NCBI GenBank assembly: GCA_963795435.1
Contig: CAWCHV010000006.1
Span: 73,981-137,980 of the forward strand
DNA: 64,000 bases
Reading direction: 5' to 3'
Origin: an uncultured Alphaproteobacteria bacterium
GTDB lineage: Bacteria > Pseudomonadota > Alphaproteobacteria > Acetobacterales > Acetobacteraceae
The position numbers and the translations under genes were made by a program. Under the pieces are notes generated by a model. The model was not told the DNA's origin. It saw nothing but the letters and a program-made list of their open reading frames with translations, and searched no databases. Positions 33,979 to 44,402 of the stretch are shown here, one piece after another. The first letter of the stretch is position 1; every line of letters begins with the position of its first letter.

Positions 33979-35526
33979 ATGAGCGGCATGACCCACTACC
34001 CGTGTGACACGGTGCTGGACCTGATCGGGCACGGCGCGGACGAGGCGCCAGCCATCGGCGCGCCCCAGCGCCCGTGGATGAGCCATGCCGCGTTGCGGGC
34101 ACTCGCCCGCCGCACCGTCGCGGACCTCAACGGCATGGGGATCGGTCGGGGCGACCGGGTGGCGATCGTGCTGCCCAACGGCCCGGAGATGGCCGCCACC
34201 TTCGTCTCCGTCGCATCGGGCGCCACCACAGCGCCGCTCAACCCCTCGTACCGTCGCGGGGAATTCGAGTTCTACCTCAGCGACCTCAATGCCCGCGCCT
34301 TGCTCATCCTTGAAGGCATGGAAAGCCCGGCCCGCGCGGTGGCGGCGGAAAAATCCACCCCGGTCATCGAACTGGTGCCCGATGCGGCAGGCCCGGCCGG
34401 TGGCTTCGCCCTGCGGTCCGAGACCCCGCTCTTCGGCACGCCGCGCGAGGCCGGCCCGGCGGCGGCGGATGATGTGGCGCTGGTGCTGCACACCTCGGGG
34501 ACCACCTCGCGGCCCAAGATCGTGCCCTTGCGGCAGGTCAACGTCACCGCCTCGGCCTACCATATCGGCGAAACCCTCGCGCTGACGCCCGACGATGTGT
34601 GTCTCAACATCATGCCGCTGTTCCACATCCACGGGCTGATCGCGGCCACGCTTTCAAGTCTGGCGGCGGGGGCGGCGGTGTGCTGCACGCCGGGGTTCAA
34701 TGCGTTCCGCTTCTTCGCGTGGTTCGACGAGGTGCGGCCGAGCTGGTACACGGCGGTGCCGACCATGCACCAGGCGATCCTCGGCCTAGCCGGACGCAAC
34801 GCCGAGATCATCCGACGTGGTAGGCTGCGCTTCGTGCGCTCCTCCTCGTCCTCGCTGCCGCCGCAGGTAATGGCCGCGCTGGAGGAGACGTTCGGCGTGC
34901 CGGTGATCGAGGCGTACGGCATGACGGAGGCGTCGCACCAGATGGCGTCCAATCCGCTGCCGCATCGCGGCGAGCGTTTCCCGGGCGCGGTCGGCCTCTC
35001 CGCCGGCCCCGACATCGCCATCATGGACGCCGAGGGCAACCTGCTGCCGCCGCGCGAACTCGGCGAGGTGGTCATACGCGGCCGCAACGTCACCGCCGGA
35101 TACGAGAACAATCCGGAGGCCAATGCGTCGGCCTTCACCAACGGTTGGTTTCGTACCGGCGATCAGGGCTTTCTCGATGAGCAAGGCTACCTGCGTCTCA
35201 CCGGGCGGCTCAAGGAGCTCATCAATCGGGGAGGGGAAAAGATCAGCCCGATCGAGGTCGACACGGTGCTGATGGATCATCCCGCCGTCGCGCAATGCCT
35301 CACCTTCGCCGTGCCGCATGACATGCTGGGCGAGGAGGTCGCCGCCGCCGTGGTGCTGCGCGAAGGCGCGACGGCGACGGATCACGAGCTGCGCGACTTT
35401 CTCTCCGCCCGGCTCGCCCCGTTCAAGGTGCCGCGCAAGATCATCTTCCTCGACGAAATTCCCAAGGGCGCCACCGGCAAGCTGCAACGCATCGGGCTGG
35501 CGTCGAAGCTCGGCCTGGTCGCGTGA
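33979..35526 (+). CDS. AMP-dependent ligase, oxalate--CoA ligase (AAE3/Pcs60)-like
   Basis: Shares EFEFYLSD, HTSGTTSRPK, WYTAVPTMHQ, LRFVRSSSSSLPP, GYENNPEAN, GWFRTGD and KELINRGGEKISPIEVD with plant/yeast AAE3/Pcs60 as I recall them. Confidence 0.7.
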   Translation: MSGMTHYPCDTVLDLIGHGADEAPAIGAPQRPWMSHAALRALARRTVADLNGMGIGRGDRVAIVLPNGPEMAATFVSVASGATTAPLNPSYRRGEFEFYLSDLNARALLILEGMESPARAVAAEKSTPVIELVPDAAGPAGGFALRSETPLFGTPREAGPAAADDVALVLHTSGTTSRPKIVPLRQVNVTASAYHIGETLALTPDDVCLNIMPLFHIHGLIAATLSSLAAGAAVCCTPGFNAFRFFAWFDEVRPSWYTAVPTMHQAILGLAGRNAEIIRRGRLRFVRSSSSSLPPQVMAALEETFGVPVIEAYGMTEASHQMASNPLPHRGERFPGAVGLSAGPDIAIMDAEGNLLPPRELGEVVIRGRNVTAGYENNPEANASAFTNGWFRTGDQGFLDEQGYLRLTGRLKELINRGGEKISPIEVDTVLMDHPAVAQCLTFAVPHDMLGEEVAAAVVLREGATATDHELRDFLSARLAPFKVPRKIIFLDEIPKGATGKLQRIGLASKLGLVA

Positions 35527-36497
35527 AGATTGGCGTGTTCGGCGCGGGCGCGATCGGCGGCCTGCTCGGGGTGAAGCTCGCGCAGGCGGGCGCGGATGTG
35601 ACGTTCATCGCGCGCGGCCCCCATCTCGCGGCGATGCAGGCGAACGGCGTGACGCTGGTAAGCGGTGGCGAGCGCATCACCGTGCGCTCGCGCTGCCTCG
35701 CCGACGCGGGCGAGGCGGGCGTACAGGATTTTGTCATCGTCACCTTGAAGGCGCACTCGCTGCCCGCCGCCGCGCCGCAGGTCGCGCGCATGATGGGGCC
35801 GGACAGCGCGCTCGTGACCGCGATCAACGGCGTGCCGTACTGGTATTTCTACGGCCTCGACGGACCGTGGCGCGACCGGCGGGTGGAGAGCGTCGATCCC
35901 GGCGGCGCGCTGTGGAACGTCCTGCCGCCGGCGCAGGCGATCGGCGCGGTGGTCTATCCCGCCGCCGAGGTGAGCGAGCCCGGCGTCATCGAGCACACCT
36001 ACGGCGACCGCTTCACCTTGGGCGAGCCCGACGGCAGCCGCTCGCCGCGCATCGAGACGCTGTCGAAGGCACTGATCGCCGCCGGACTGAAAGCGCCGAT
36101 ACGCCCGCGCATCCGCGATGAGATCTGGGTGAAGCTGTGGGGAAATCTCGCGTTCAATCCGGTCTCGGCACTCACCGTCTCCACGCTCGACCGCATCGCC
36201 GGCGATCCCGGATTGCGCGCGCTGTGCCGGACGATGATGCTGGAAGCGCGGACGGTCGCCGAAGCCCTCGGCGTGCGCTTCGCGATCGACGTGGACAAGC
36301 GCATCGAGGGCGCGGCCGAGGTCGGCGAGCACAAGACCTCGATGCTGCAAGATCTGGAGCGTGGCCGGCCAATGGAGATCGACGCGCTGCTTGGCGCGGT
36401 GGTCGAATTGGGCGAGGCGGTCGGTCAGGAGATGCCGACCTGCCGCAACGTGCTCGCCCTGGTGCGCGAGCGGGCGCGGCAGGCGGGATGCTATTGA
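35523..36497 (+). CDS. 2-dehydropantoate 2-reductase (PanE/ApbA) family
   Basis: GTGA overlap with the upstream gene. IGVFGAGAIGG Rossmann motif and C-terminal SMLQDLERGRPMEID motif. Confidence 0.8.
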   Translation: MKIGVFGAGAIGGLLGVKLAQAGADVTFIARGPHLAAMQANGVTLVSGGERITVRSRCLADAGEAGVQDFVIVTLKAHSLPAAAPQVARMMGPDSALVTAINGVPYWYFYGLDGPWRDRRVESVDPGGALWNVLPPAQAIGAVVYPAAEVSEPGVIEHTYGDRFTLGEPDGSRSPRIETLSKALIAAGLKAPIRPRIRDEIWVKLWGNLAFNPVSALTVSTLDRIAGDPGLRALCRTMMLEARTVAEALGVRFAIDVDKRIEGAAEVGEHKTSMLQDLERGRPMEIDALLGAVVELGEAVGQEMPTCRNVLALVRERARQAGCY

Positions 36498-36526
36498 GCT
36501 GAACCGAGCGGTGGGAGGATGGCGGA

Positions 36527-37477
36527 ATGGCGCGCAGCATCGCGGCCGGACTGGGCCTGATGGAGTTTCCGTTCGACACCACCGCCGGATTCTGGCGCTG
36601 GGTCGATCTCTGCGAGCAGGGCGGGGCCAATTCGATCTGGCAGACCGACCGCATCGTGAGCGGCGCGCCCATGCTGGAATGCATGGCAACGATGGCGGCG
36701 CTCGCCGGACGGACGCGGCGGATCAAGTTCGGCGTCAACGTGATCTCGCTGGCGATGCGCGATCCCGTGCTGCTCGCCAAGCAATGCGCCACGATCGACT
36801 TTCTGTCCGATGGCCGCCTGCTGCCGGGCTTCGGCATCGGCAGCCCGCGTGGGCCGGAGTGGAAGGCGCTGCATCTCGACACCACCACGCGCGGCCGGGT
36901 GACGGACGAGGCGCTGGAGATCATCCATCGCCTGTGGACCGAGGACAAAGTCGATTTCGAGGGCAACTACTTCCACCTTAGCGGCGCCTCGATCTCGCCC
37001 AAGCCGGTGCAGCCCGATCTGCCGATCTGGATCGGCGGCAGCTCCGAGGCGGCGATCCGGCGCACCGCGCGCTACGGCACCGGCTGGCAAGCCGGATCGG
37101 AGACGCCGGAGGAGGTAGCACCCGTGGTCGCCGCGATCCGCGCCGCCGCGATCGAGGCCGGCCGGCCGCTCGACGACGACCACTACGGCGCCGCCTTCTC
37201 GTTCCGCTTCGGCACGCCCGACGATCCAGGCATGAAGCCGGCGATGGAGAGCTATCGCAAGCGCACCGGACGCGATCCGCTCGGTTACTTCGCCGTGGGC
37301 GACGCGGCGGTAGTTCTGCGGCGGATCGTCGAATACGTCGAAGCCGGCGTATCGAAATTCATCCTCCGCCCGGCCGCGTCGGGCGACCAGGACATGATGG
37401 AGCAGACGCGGCTGGTGGTCGAGCAGGTGTTGCCGCAAATGGCCGTACGCTGGCCGAAGCCGCGCAAAGCCGCGTAG
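36527..37477 (+). CDS. LLM-class (luciferase-like) flavin- or F420-dependent oxidoreductase
   Basis: 316-aa LLM fold (DRI..GAPMLE..., IWIGGSSEAAIRR). Confidence 0.8.
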   Translation: MARSIAAGLGLMEFPFDTTAGFWRWVDLCEQGGANSIWQTDRIVSGAPMLECMATMAALAGRTRRIKFGVNVISLAMRDPVLLAKQCATIDFLSDGRLLPGFGIGSPRGPEWKALHLDTTTRGRVTDEALEIIHRLWTEDKVDFEGNYFHLSGASISPKPVQPDLPIWIGGSSEAAIRRTARYGTGWQAGSETPEEVAPVVAAIRAAAIEAGRPLDDDHYGAAFSFRFGTPDDPGMKPAMESYRKRTGRDPLGYFAVGDAAVVLRRIVEYVEAGVSKFILRPAASGDQDMMEQTRLVVEQVLPQMAVRWPKPRKAA

Positions 37478-37505
37478 GCTTGGAGGAGAGCTGGGGGGAA
37501 CGGCA

Positions 37506-38717
37506 ATGGATCTGACCCTGTCGGAAAAGTACGAGGCGCTGCAAGCCGAGGTCCGCGCGTTCATTCGCGAGCATGGGCACAAATCCCCCAAGGTTGGCGG
37601 TCCGCGCAGGGATCCCGATCAAAAGACGCGCGACTGGCAGAAGCTGCTGGTCGAGCACGGCTATGCCGCGCGCACCGTGCCGCGCGAATACGGCGGCTTC
37701 GGCGCGCGACCCGACATTTTGGAGGCGGCGGTGATCGCCGATGTCTTCGCCGGCGCCGGGGTCTCGCAAGGGCTCGCCAACCAAGGCATCAGCATGTTGG
37801 TGCCGACATTGCTTGAAGTGGGCACCGAGGCGCAGCGGCAGGCCTATGTCGGCCCGACGATCCGTGGCGACATGTTCTGGTGCCAGGGCTACTCGGAGCC
37901 GGGCTCGGGCAGCGATCTCGCCTCCGTGCAAACCCGCGCCGTGTTGGACGGCGACGATTTCGTGGTCAATGGCCAGAAGATCTGGACCAGCTCGGCGCAT
38001 TTCGCCGACATGATGTTCCTGCTGTGCCGCACCGAGCCTGAGATGCCGAAGCACGCCGGGCTCTCCTACATCCTGCTGTCGATGAAGACGCCGGGGATCG
38101 AGGTGCGCCCGCTCACCACGATGACGGGCCGCGCCGAGTTCAACGAGGTGTTCTTCACCAACGTGCGCGTTCCGGCAAGTCAGATCGTGATGAGCCGAGG
38201 CCAGGGCTGGCACGTCGCCAACGTGACCCTCAAATACGAGCGGCTGTATCTCGGCGACGCGAACAAGATGTCGATGCGGCTGCGCCGGCTAATCGACGTG
38301 TTGCAGCGGAGCGAGATCGACGGCGAGAGGCTGATCGGCGTGCCGGAATACCGCGACCGGCTGCTGCGGATTCAGGGCGAGGTGATGGCGTCGCGGGCGC
38401 ATCAGCTGCGGTTGCTGACCGAGCAGGCCGATGGCGTCGATTCCGGGGTCAAGCGCCTGATCGTCAAATACGGCGGCACGATGCTGCTGTGGCGCATGTC
38501 GGCACTCGCGGTCGACGCGCTCGGCGCGGCGGGACTGCCGTACGAGCCGAGCGAGACTGACGATGCAACGGCGGCCAATCTCGACTACATGTTCGATATC
38601 GGCATGATCATCGGCGGCGGCAGCTCGAACATCCAGAAGAACGTGATCGGCGAGCGCGGCCTTGGGCTGCCGCGCGAGCCCAAGGTGCCGCCGGCCGCCG
38701 TCGGCGGGAGGGCCTGA
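37506..38717 (+). CDS. acyl-CoA dehydrogenase family protein (FadE-like, non-canonical C-terminal motif)
   Basis: WCQGYSEPGSGSD and GQKIWTS motifs. C-terminal IIGGGSSNIQKNVIGERGLGLPRE replaces the usual YEG. Confidence 0.85.
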   Translation: MDLTLSEKYEALQAEVRAFIREHGHKSPKVGGPRRDPDQKTRDWQKLLVEHGYAARTVPREYGGFGARPDILEAAVIADVFAGAGVSQGLANQGISMLVPTLLEVGTEAQRQAYVGPTIRGDMFWCQGYSEPGSGSDLASVQTRAVLDGDDFVVNGQKIWTSSAHFADMMFLLCRTEPEMPKHAGLSYILLSMKTPGIEVRPLTTMTGRAEFNEVFFTNVRVPASQIVMSRGQGWHVANVTLKYERLYLGDANKMSMRLRRLIDVLQRSEIDGERLIGVPEYRDRLLRIQGEVMASRAHQLRLLTEQADGVDSGVKRLIVKYGGTMLLWRMSALAVDALGAAGLPYEPSETDDATAANLDYMFDIGMIIGGGSSNIQKNVIGERGLGLPREPKVPPAAVGGRA

Positions 38718-38720
38718 GCG

Positions 38721-39818
38721 ATGCGGTTCGGGCTCACCGAGGAACAGCGCCTGTTCGACGATTCGCTGCGCGCCTTTCTCGCCGATCGCGTGCCGATCGA
38801 GGCGCTGCGGTGGCAGGCGCAGGCCGGAACCGCCTTCGATCCGGCGGTCTGGCAAGGACTGTGCGAGCTCGGCCTGCCCGGACTGCTGGTGCCGGAGAGC
38901 TACGGCGGCGCGGGGCTCGGCGTGCTGGACGCGGCGTTGGCCGCCGAGGCGTTTGGCTACGCGGCAGCGCCCGTCCCGTTCGCGGCGAGTGCCGTGATGG
39001 CGCCCCTCGCTTTCGCCAACAGTGCCAGCCGCGATCAGCAGAGCGAATTCTTCCCGCGCATCGCGACGGGCGAGATGCGCGTTGGCATGGCGTTCGCGGG
39101 CATCGGTGGCCAGACCGGCGAGGCCACGTTGACCTTGCGGGACAACCGCCTCACCGGCCGCGTGCAGGGTGCTCTGGATGCGGCCGAGGCGACGCATCTG
39201 CTCGCGTATCTCCCGGATGGCATGGCGGCGCTGGTCGAGGCGGGTGGAACCGGCGCCTCGGCGCGGGTGCGCCACAGTGTCGACCGCACGCGGCCGGTCA
39301 CGGACCTGACGTTTGACGGTGCGGAATCCGTGGTGCTCGATGCAGCGAACGATCGCATGGCGGCCGCGCTGCGCGTGCTCGACGCCGGGCGGGTGATGCT
39401 GGCGGCGGATACGCTGGGCGCCGCGCAATACATGCTCGACCAGGCGGTCGCGTGGGCCAAGGAGCGGGTGCAGTTCGGGCGCGTGATCGGCAGCTTTCAG
39501 GGCGTCAAGCACACGCTCGCCGAGATCGTCACCATGTTGGAGCCGTGCCGCGCGCTCGTGTGGCACGCGGCCTACGCGCAGGACGCGCTGCCCGGCGAGG
39601 CGCGACTGTTCGCTTGCCAGGTCAAGGCGCATGTTGGCGATGTCGGCCGCGAGGCGTCACGTATGGCGACCGAGGTGCATGGCGGCATGGGATTCACCGA
39701 TCTTCTTGGCCTGCACTACTGGTTCAAGCGCTGCACCTTCGACCGCCAGATGCTCGGCGGCCCCGAACGGTGCCGAGAGGAGGCCGCGCAGCTCCAAGGT
39801 TGGAAGCTGGCCGGGTGA
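38721..39818 (+). CDS. acyl-CoA dehydrogenase family protein (probable partner subunit)
   Basis: Starts 3 nt after the previous gene. ACAD middle and C-terminal domains are present. C-terminus reads QMLGGPERC with no YEG motif. Confidence 0.8.
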   Translation: MRFGLTEEQRLFDDSLRAFLADRVPIEALRWQAQAGTAFDPAVWQGLCELGLPGLLVPESYGGAGLGVLDAALAAEAFGYAAAPVPFAASAVMAPLAFANSASRDQQSEFFPRIATGEMRVGMAFAGIGGQTGEATLTLRDNRLTGRVQGALDAAEATHLLAYLPDGMAALVEAGGTGASARVRHSVDRTRPVTDLTFDGAESVVLDAANDRMAAALRVLDAGRVMLAADTLGAAQYMLDQAVAWAKERVQFGRVIGSFQGVKHTLAEIVTMLEPCRALVWHAAYAQDALPGEARLFACQVKAHVGDVGREASRMATEVHGGMGFTDLLGLHYWFKRCTFDRQMLGGPERCREEAAQLQGWKLAG

Positions 39819-39849
39819 AGGGGAGCGACATGGCTGGCTGATCGGATGA

Positions 39850-41967
39850 TTAGCTCAGCGTCATCAGCGCGTCCGCGATGGTCAGCCCCGAGCCGTCCGC
39901 GTGCAGGATCACCGGGTTGAACTCCATCTCCTGAATGCGTCCGCGATGGTCGATCGCCGCCTCTGACACATGCGCGATCAGCGCGGCGAGCGGTGCGATG
40001 TCCAGCGGCTTCGCACCGCGGAACCCTTCGAGCAGGCGGGACGATCGCAGGCCGCGCACCATCCGCGTCGCCTCCTGTTCGGAGACCGGCGCGGGTCGAT
40101 GCGTCACGTCGCCGAACAGTTCGACGGTGGTGCCACCGAAGCCGACCATGACGATCGGCCCAAAGGTGTCGTCGTTCACCACGCCGATGACGATCTCGTG
40201 TCCCTTCGGCGCCATGCGCTGCACCAGCACGCCCTCGATATTCGCACCCGGGCGGTAACGGTCGGCGGTCGCGATGATCTCGCGATACGCGGCCTTTACG
40301 GCGGGGGCGCCGGCGAGGTTCAGATGAACTCCACCCGCCTCGGTCTTGTGCGGAATGTCGGGCGATTGCACCTTCAGCACGACGGGAAAGCCGATCGCCG
40401 CAGCCGCATCGGCGGCCTCCTCGGGCGAGCGGGCAAGCCGGTCATCGGAGGGCGGAAGGCCGTAGCGCGCGAGCAGCGCCTTGACGCGGTGCTCGGTCAA
40501 GACGCGCGGCAGTCCTGCCGGAAGTGCTGCTTGCGGCCCCCGGCGCTTCACCGGCTCGGCGCCGAGCCGCAGCCGCTCGGCGAACTCCGCGACCTTGCCC
40601 AATGCTCGGCCGCAGGCGCGCAGATCGGAATGCAGGAACACCCCGCACTTGGCGATGTGGTTCCGCCCGAACGTCGAGGGCAGCGTATAGCTCCAGGCCA
40701 CAACGGGCTTGTTGCCGCGCTCCAGGATTGGCCGCACGCGCGCGGGCTCGAGCGAGGCGCGGGTCTCGCTCGACATCGAGCTGACCATCACGATTATGTC
40801 GATCTCGTCAGCGGTCTCGAGCAGTTCGAGCGTCTGCATCTGCATCGGCCCGGTGTTGGCGCCCTGCGCGGTGGTGTCGATCGGGTTCTGCGGCGAGCCG
40901 TACGCCGGGATGTAGGCGCGGACCCGCTCCTGCAACGCCGACGATAGAATCGGCATCAGCAGGCCGTTCGCGGTGAGCACGTCCGACATCCACGCCCCGC
41001 CGCCGCCCGAGACGGTGCTGACGGCCACGCGCTTGCCCTTCGGCAGCGGACACGTCGCGAGAATGCCGGCGATGGCGATGGCCTCATCCGGGTCGTCGGC
41101 CTCGATGATGCCGTATCGCTCGAATATTGCCCGATAAGCGGTGTGCGAGCCGCTGAGCGATGCGGTGTGCGAGGCCGCCGCACGCCGGCCGGCCTCGGAG
41201 CGCCCCACCTTGATCGCGATGATCGGTTTTCCTCGACGCTGCGCGTCGGCGGCGGCGGCGATGAAGCGATCGGGATCGCGCACCGCTTCGAGGAACAGCA
41301 TCACCGCGTCGGTGCGCTCGTCCTGCACCATATATTCGAGGAAATCGGCGATGGTGAGGTCGGCCTCGTTACCGGTCGAGATCACGTAGCTGTAGCCGAG
41401 CCCGACGGCCTTGCCGCGATTGAACAGCGAGAAGCCAATGCCGCCGCTCTGCGCCGCCACCGCGATGCGCTTGGCCGAGACGAGCGCCGGCTCCTCGCCC
41501 TCCTTGCGCTCCACCGTGGGGCTGAAGGTGGTCGAGGCGCGGCTGATCGCGTTGAAATACCCCTCACAGTTCGGTCCCGCGACGCGGATGCCGGTGCGCT
41601 TCGCAATGGCGGCGAGCTCCGCCTGCTGCGCCGACGCGGCCTTGCCCTCCTCGGCGAACCCTGAACTGATGATGACGACGTTCCTGACGCCGTTGCGCGC
41701 GCAGTCCTCCACCGCCGCGTTCACCGCGGATGCGGGGACGGCGATCACCACCATGTCGAGCGTCTCGCCGACCGCGGAGAGGCTCGGGAAGCAACGCAGC
41801 CCGTCGATCTCCTGGTAGCTCGGGTTGATCGGCACGATCCGGCCGTCCCAGCCGGTGCCGCGCAGATGGTGGAGCAGGGTGCCGCGAATGCGCTTGGTGT
41901 CCGGCGAGGCGCCCAGAATCGCGATCGAGCGCGGCCAGAAGAAGCTTTCGAGCGGATGCGTGCTCAC
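39850..41967 (-). CDS. NDP-forming acyl-CoA synthetase (CoA-binding plus ATP-grasp fusion)
   Basis: 705 aa. N-terminal PRSIAILGAS CoA-binding region, phospho-His loop AASHTASLSG, and a C-terminal ATP-grasp domain. Confidence 0.85.
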   Translation of the reverse strand: MSTHPLESFFWPRSIAILGASPDTKRIRGTLLHHLRGTGWDGRIVPINPSYQEIDGLRCFPSLSAVGETLDMVVIAVPASAVNAAVEDCARNGVRNVVIISSGFAEEGKAASAQQAELAAIAKRTGIRVAGPNCEGYFNAISRASTTFSPTVERKEGEEPALVSAKRIAVAAQSGGIGFSLFNRGKAVGLGYSYVISTGNEADLTIADFLEYMVQDERTDAVMLFLEAVRDPDRFIAAAADAQRRGKPIIAIKVGRSEAGRRAAASHTASLSGSHTAYRAIFERYGIIEADDPDEAIAIAGILATCPLPKGKRVAVSTVSGGGGAWMSDVLTANGLLMPILSSALQERVRAYIPAYGSPQNPIDTTAQGANTGPMQMQTLELLETADEIDIIVMVSSMSSETRASLEPARVRPILERGNKPVVAWSYTLPSTFGRNHIAKCGVFLHSDLRACGRALGKVAEFAERLRLGAEPVKRRGPQAALPAGLPRVLTEHRVKALLARYGLPPSDDRLARSPEEAADAAAAIGFPVVLKVQSPDIPHKTEAGGVHLNLAGAPAVKAAYREIIATADRYRPGANIEGVLVQRMAPKGHEIVIGVVNDDTFGPIVMVGFGGTTVELFGDVTHRPAPVSEQEATRMVRGLRSSRLLEGFRGAKPLDIAPLAALIAHVSEAAIDHRGRIQEMEFNPVILHADGSGLTIADALMTLS

Positions 41968-42085
41968 GAGATTTCCCCCCGATGCGCGGGCGTTTCTGGT
42001 CCGCTCTTGCCTTGGATTGCCGGCTGAACCCTAATGGCGAGGGGGTGCGTGTCAATCCCGGCCCCGCCCGCGAGGAGGCCCAGCG

Positions 42086-43258
42086 ATGGACGGCATGAGC
42101 ATAGCACTCAGCGAAGAGCATCGGATGATCAAGGACCTCGTCGCGCGCTTCGTCGCCGACGAGTTGATGCCGCTGGAGCGCGCCGTGCTGGAACGCGAGG
42201 CGGCGGGGCAGGGCTATTCGCTGACGCCGGAAGAGAAGGCGAAGATCGACGCGAAATCGCGCGAGCTCGGCCTTTGGGGGCTCGACGCCCCGGCAGAGTT
42301 TGGCGGCTCCGATCTTCCCGTGGAGGCGATGGTCGGGGTGAACGAGGAGCTCGGGGCCACCGTCACGCCCTACACGCCGCCGCCCGATAGTCCGAACCTG
42401 CGGATGCTGATGCTCACCTGCAACGCAGCGCAGCGCGAGCGGTATCTGATGCCGTATGCGCGCGGCGAGACGATTTCGGCCATCGCGATTTCGGAGCCCG
42501 GCGCGGGCGGCGACCCGGCGGAGATGAACACGCGCGCCGTACGCGACGGGGACGATTGGGTCATCAATGGCCGCAAGATTTGGGTGAGCCGTGTCGGCTA
42601 CGCCGATTTCACCATACTGATGGCCGTCACCGACAAGAGCAAAGGCGCGCGCGGCGGAATTTCCGCTTTCCTCGTCGATAGGGACACGCCGGGATTCAAT
42701 GTGTTGCGGCGGATTCCCATGCTTGGTGGCGCGTACACCTACGAGATCGCCATCGAGGATTTGCGGCTGGAAGGCTGGCGGCTGCTCGGGCGGGAGGGCT
42801 ACGGCTTCGCGCCCATGCAGCAGCGGCTCTCGACCCGTCGAGTGCAGATCGGCGCCTGGTGCGTCGGGCTGGCGCAGCGCGCGCTCGACATGATGGTGGA
42901 ATACGCGCCGCAGCGCGTCACCTTCGGCCTGCCGCTGTCGCAGCGCCAGGCCATCCAATGGTGGGTGGCGGACGCCGCGACCAAGATCCATGCCTGCCGC
43001 CTCATGGTCTACGACGCGGCGCGCAAGATCGACCAAGGCACCGATCCGCGCGTCGAGGTCTCGATGATCAAGGTCTACGCCACCGAGATGGCCTGGGAGA
43101 TCATCGACCATGCCATGCAGACTTTTGGCGGCATGGGCATGACCAAGGAGCTGCCGCTGCAGCTCATGGCCAATCGAGTGCGGCTGATGCGAATCTATGA
43201 GGGTCCGTCCGAGGTGCACCGCATGGTGATTGCCCGCAAGATCCTCAACGTGCGCTGA
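42086..43258 (+). CDS. acyl-CoA dehydrogenase (canonical)
   Basis: AISEPGAGGD, GRKIWVS, and the catalytic-base motif IYEGPSEVH. Confidence 0.9.
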   Translation: MDGMSIALSEEHRMIKDLVARFVADELMPLERAVLEREAAGQGYSLTPEEKAKIDAKSRELGLWGLDAPAEFGGSDLPVEAMVGVNEELGATVTPYTPPPDSPNLRMLMLTCNAAQRERYLMPYARGETISAIAISEPGAGGDPAEMNTRAVRDGDDWVINGRKIWVSRVGYADFTILMAVTDKSKGARGGISAFLVDRDTPGFNVLRRIPMLGGAYTYEIAIEDLRLEGWRLLGREGYGFAPMQQRLSTRRVQIGAWCVGLAQRALDMMVEYAPQRVTFGLPLSQRQAIQWWVADAATKIHACRLMVYDAARKIDQGTDPRVEVSMIKVYATEMAWEIIDHAMQTFGGMGMTKELPLQLMANRVRLMRIYEGPSEVHRMVIARKILNVR

Positions 43259-43268
43259 GGAGGCTGAC

Positions 43269-44402
43269 ATGACCGAGCAACTCCGCGATGTTGCCGAGCG
43301 ATCCGGTGCCGCCGGTCAGGCGACCCGCCTGAAGGTGATCGACTGCGACGTGCATCCCGTGGTGGATGGCGGGATCGGCAGTGTGTATCCGTACATGCCG
43401 GAGGCGTGGCGCGAGCGGTTCAAACGCAAGCGGGCCGAGGCGCCGACCACCAACCTGCCGCTCAAATACATGCACCCGAACGGCGGGGTGATCCGCGCAG
43501 ACGCGCGCACGCCGGAGGGCAAGCTCGGCGGTTCCGATCCGCGCTTCGTCGTGTCCGACCTGATCGAGCCGAACGGCATCGACGCGGTCCTGCTGAACTG
43601 CACCCAGACGAGCGCGCTCGCCGCCACCCTTGCGACAATCGACGAGAGCATCGTTCTGTGCAGCGCATTCAACGATTTTTTCGCCGACAAGTGGCTGCCG
43701 GTAGACGAGCGGCTGCGCTATGCGATGTGCGTCCCGAGCCAGGACCCGCTGGCGGCCGCCGAGGAAATCCGTCGCTTCGGCAAGCACAAGCAGGTCGGCG
43801 CCATTCACCTGCCGGTGATCAACGTGCTGCTGGGCAATCGCTATTTCTGGCCGATCTACGCGGCGGCGCAGGAGCTCGGCCTGCCGCTGATGATGCATGT
43901 CAGCGGCACCGATAGCATCTTCCACGGGCCGCCGATGTCGGCCGGCGGCATCCCCGACAGCTATATCGAGCGTTACGTCACCCTGACCCAGGCCGGCGAG
44001 AGCAACGTCAACAGCCTGGTGTTCAGCGGCACGCTGGAAAAATTCCCGGAGCTGAAATTCCTGTTCGTCGAATACGGCTTCCTCTGGGCGCTGCCGCTGA
44101 TGCTGCGGATGGACCGCACCTGGCGGCAGCTGCGCCACGAAACGCCGTGGGTGCGCAAGTCGCCGATCGATACCGTGCGCGAGCGCATCCGTTTCACGAC
44201 GCAGCCGGTCGACGAGCCGAACGACCCCGAGGACATGGCGCGCCTGATTCGCATGATCGGCGCCGACTGCCTCTGCTTCTCGACGGACTATCCGCACTGG
44301 GACAATGACATGCCCGGTCAGACCTTGCGGATGCTCTCGACCGCCGAACGTCAGGCGATCTTCTATCAGAACGCGGCCGGCACGCTGCGGCTGGGGGGCT
44401 GA
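43269..44402 (+). CDS. amidohydrolase-2 (ACMSD/LigW-type metal-dependent hydrolase/decarboxylase) family
   Basis: ATG 43269 follows GAGGAGG. IDCDVHP metal motif and C-terminal FSTDYPHWD. Confidence 0.8.
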   Translation: MTEQLRDVAERSGAAGQATRLKVIDCDVHPVVDGGIGSVYPYMPEAWRERFKRKRAEAPTTNLPLKYMHPNGGVIRADARTPEGKLGGSDPRFVVSDLIEPNGIDAVLLNCTQTSALAATLATIDESIVLCSAFNDFFADKWLPVDERLRYAMCVPSQDPLAAAEEIRRFGKHKQVGAIHLPVINVLLGNRYFWPIYAAAQELGLPLMMHVSGTDSIFHGPPMSAGGIPDSYIERYVTLTQAGESNVNSLVFSGTLEKFPELKFLFVEYGFLWALPLMLRMDRTWRQLRHETPWVRKSPIDTVRERIRFTTQPVDEPNDPEDMARLIRMIGADCLCFSTDYPHWDNDMPGQTLRMLSTAERQAIFYQNAAGTLRLGG

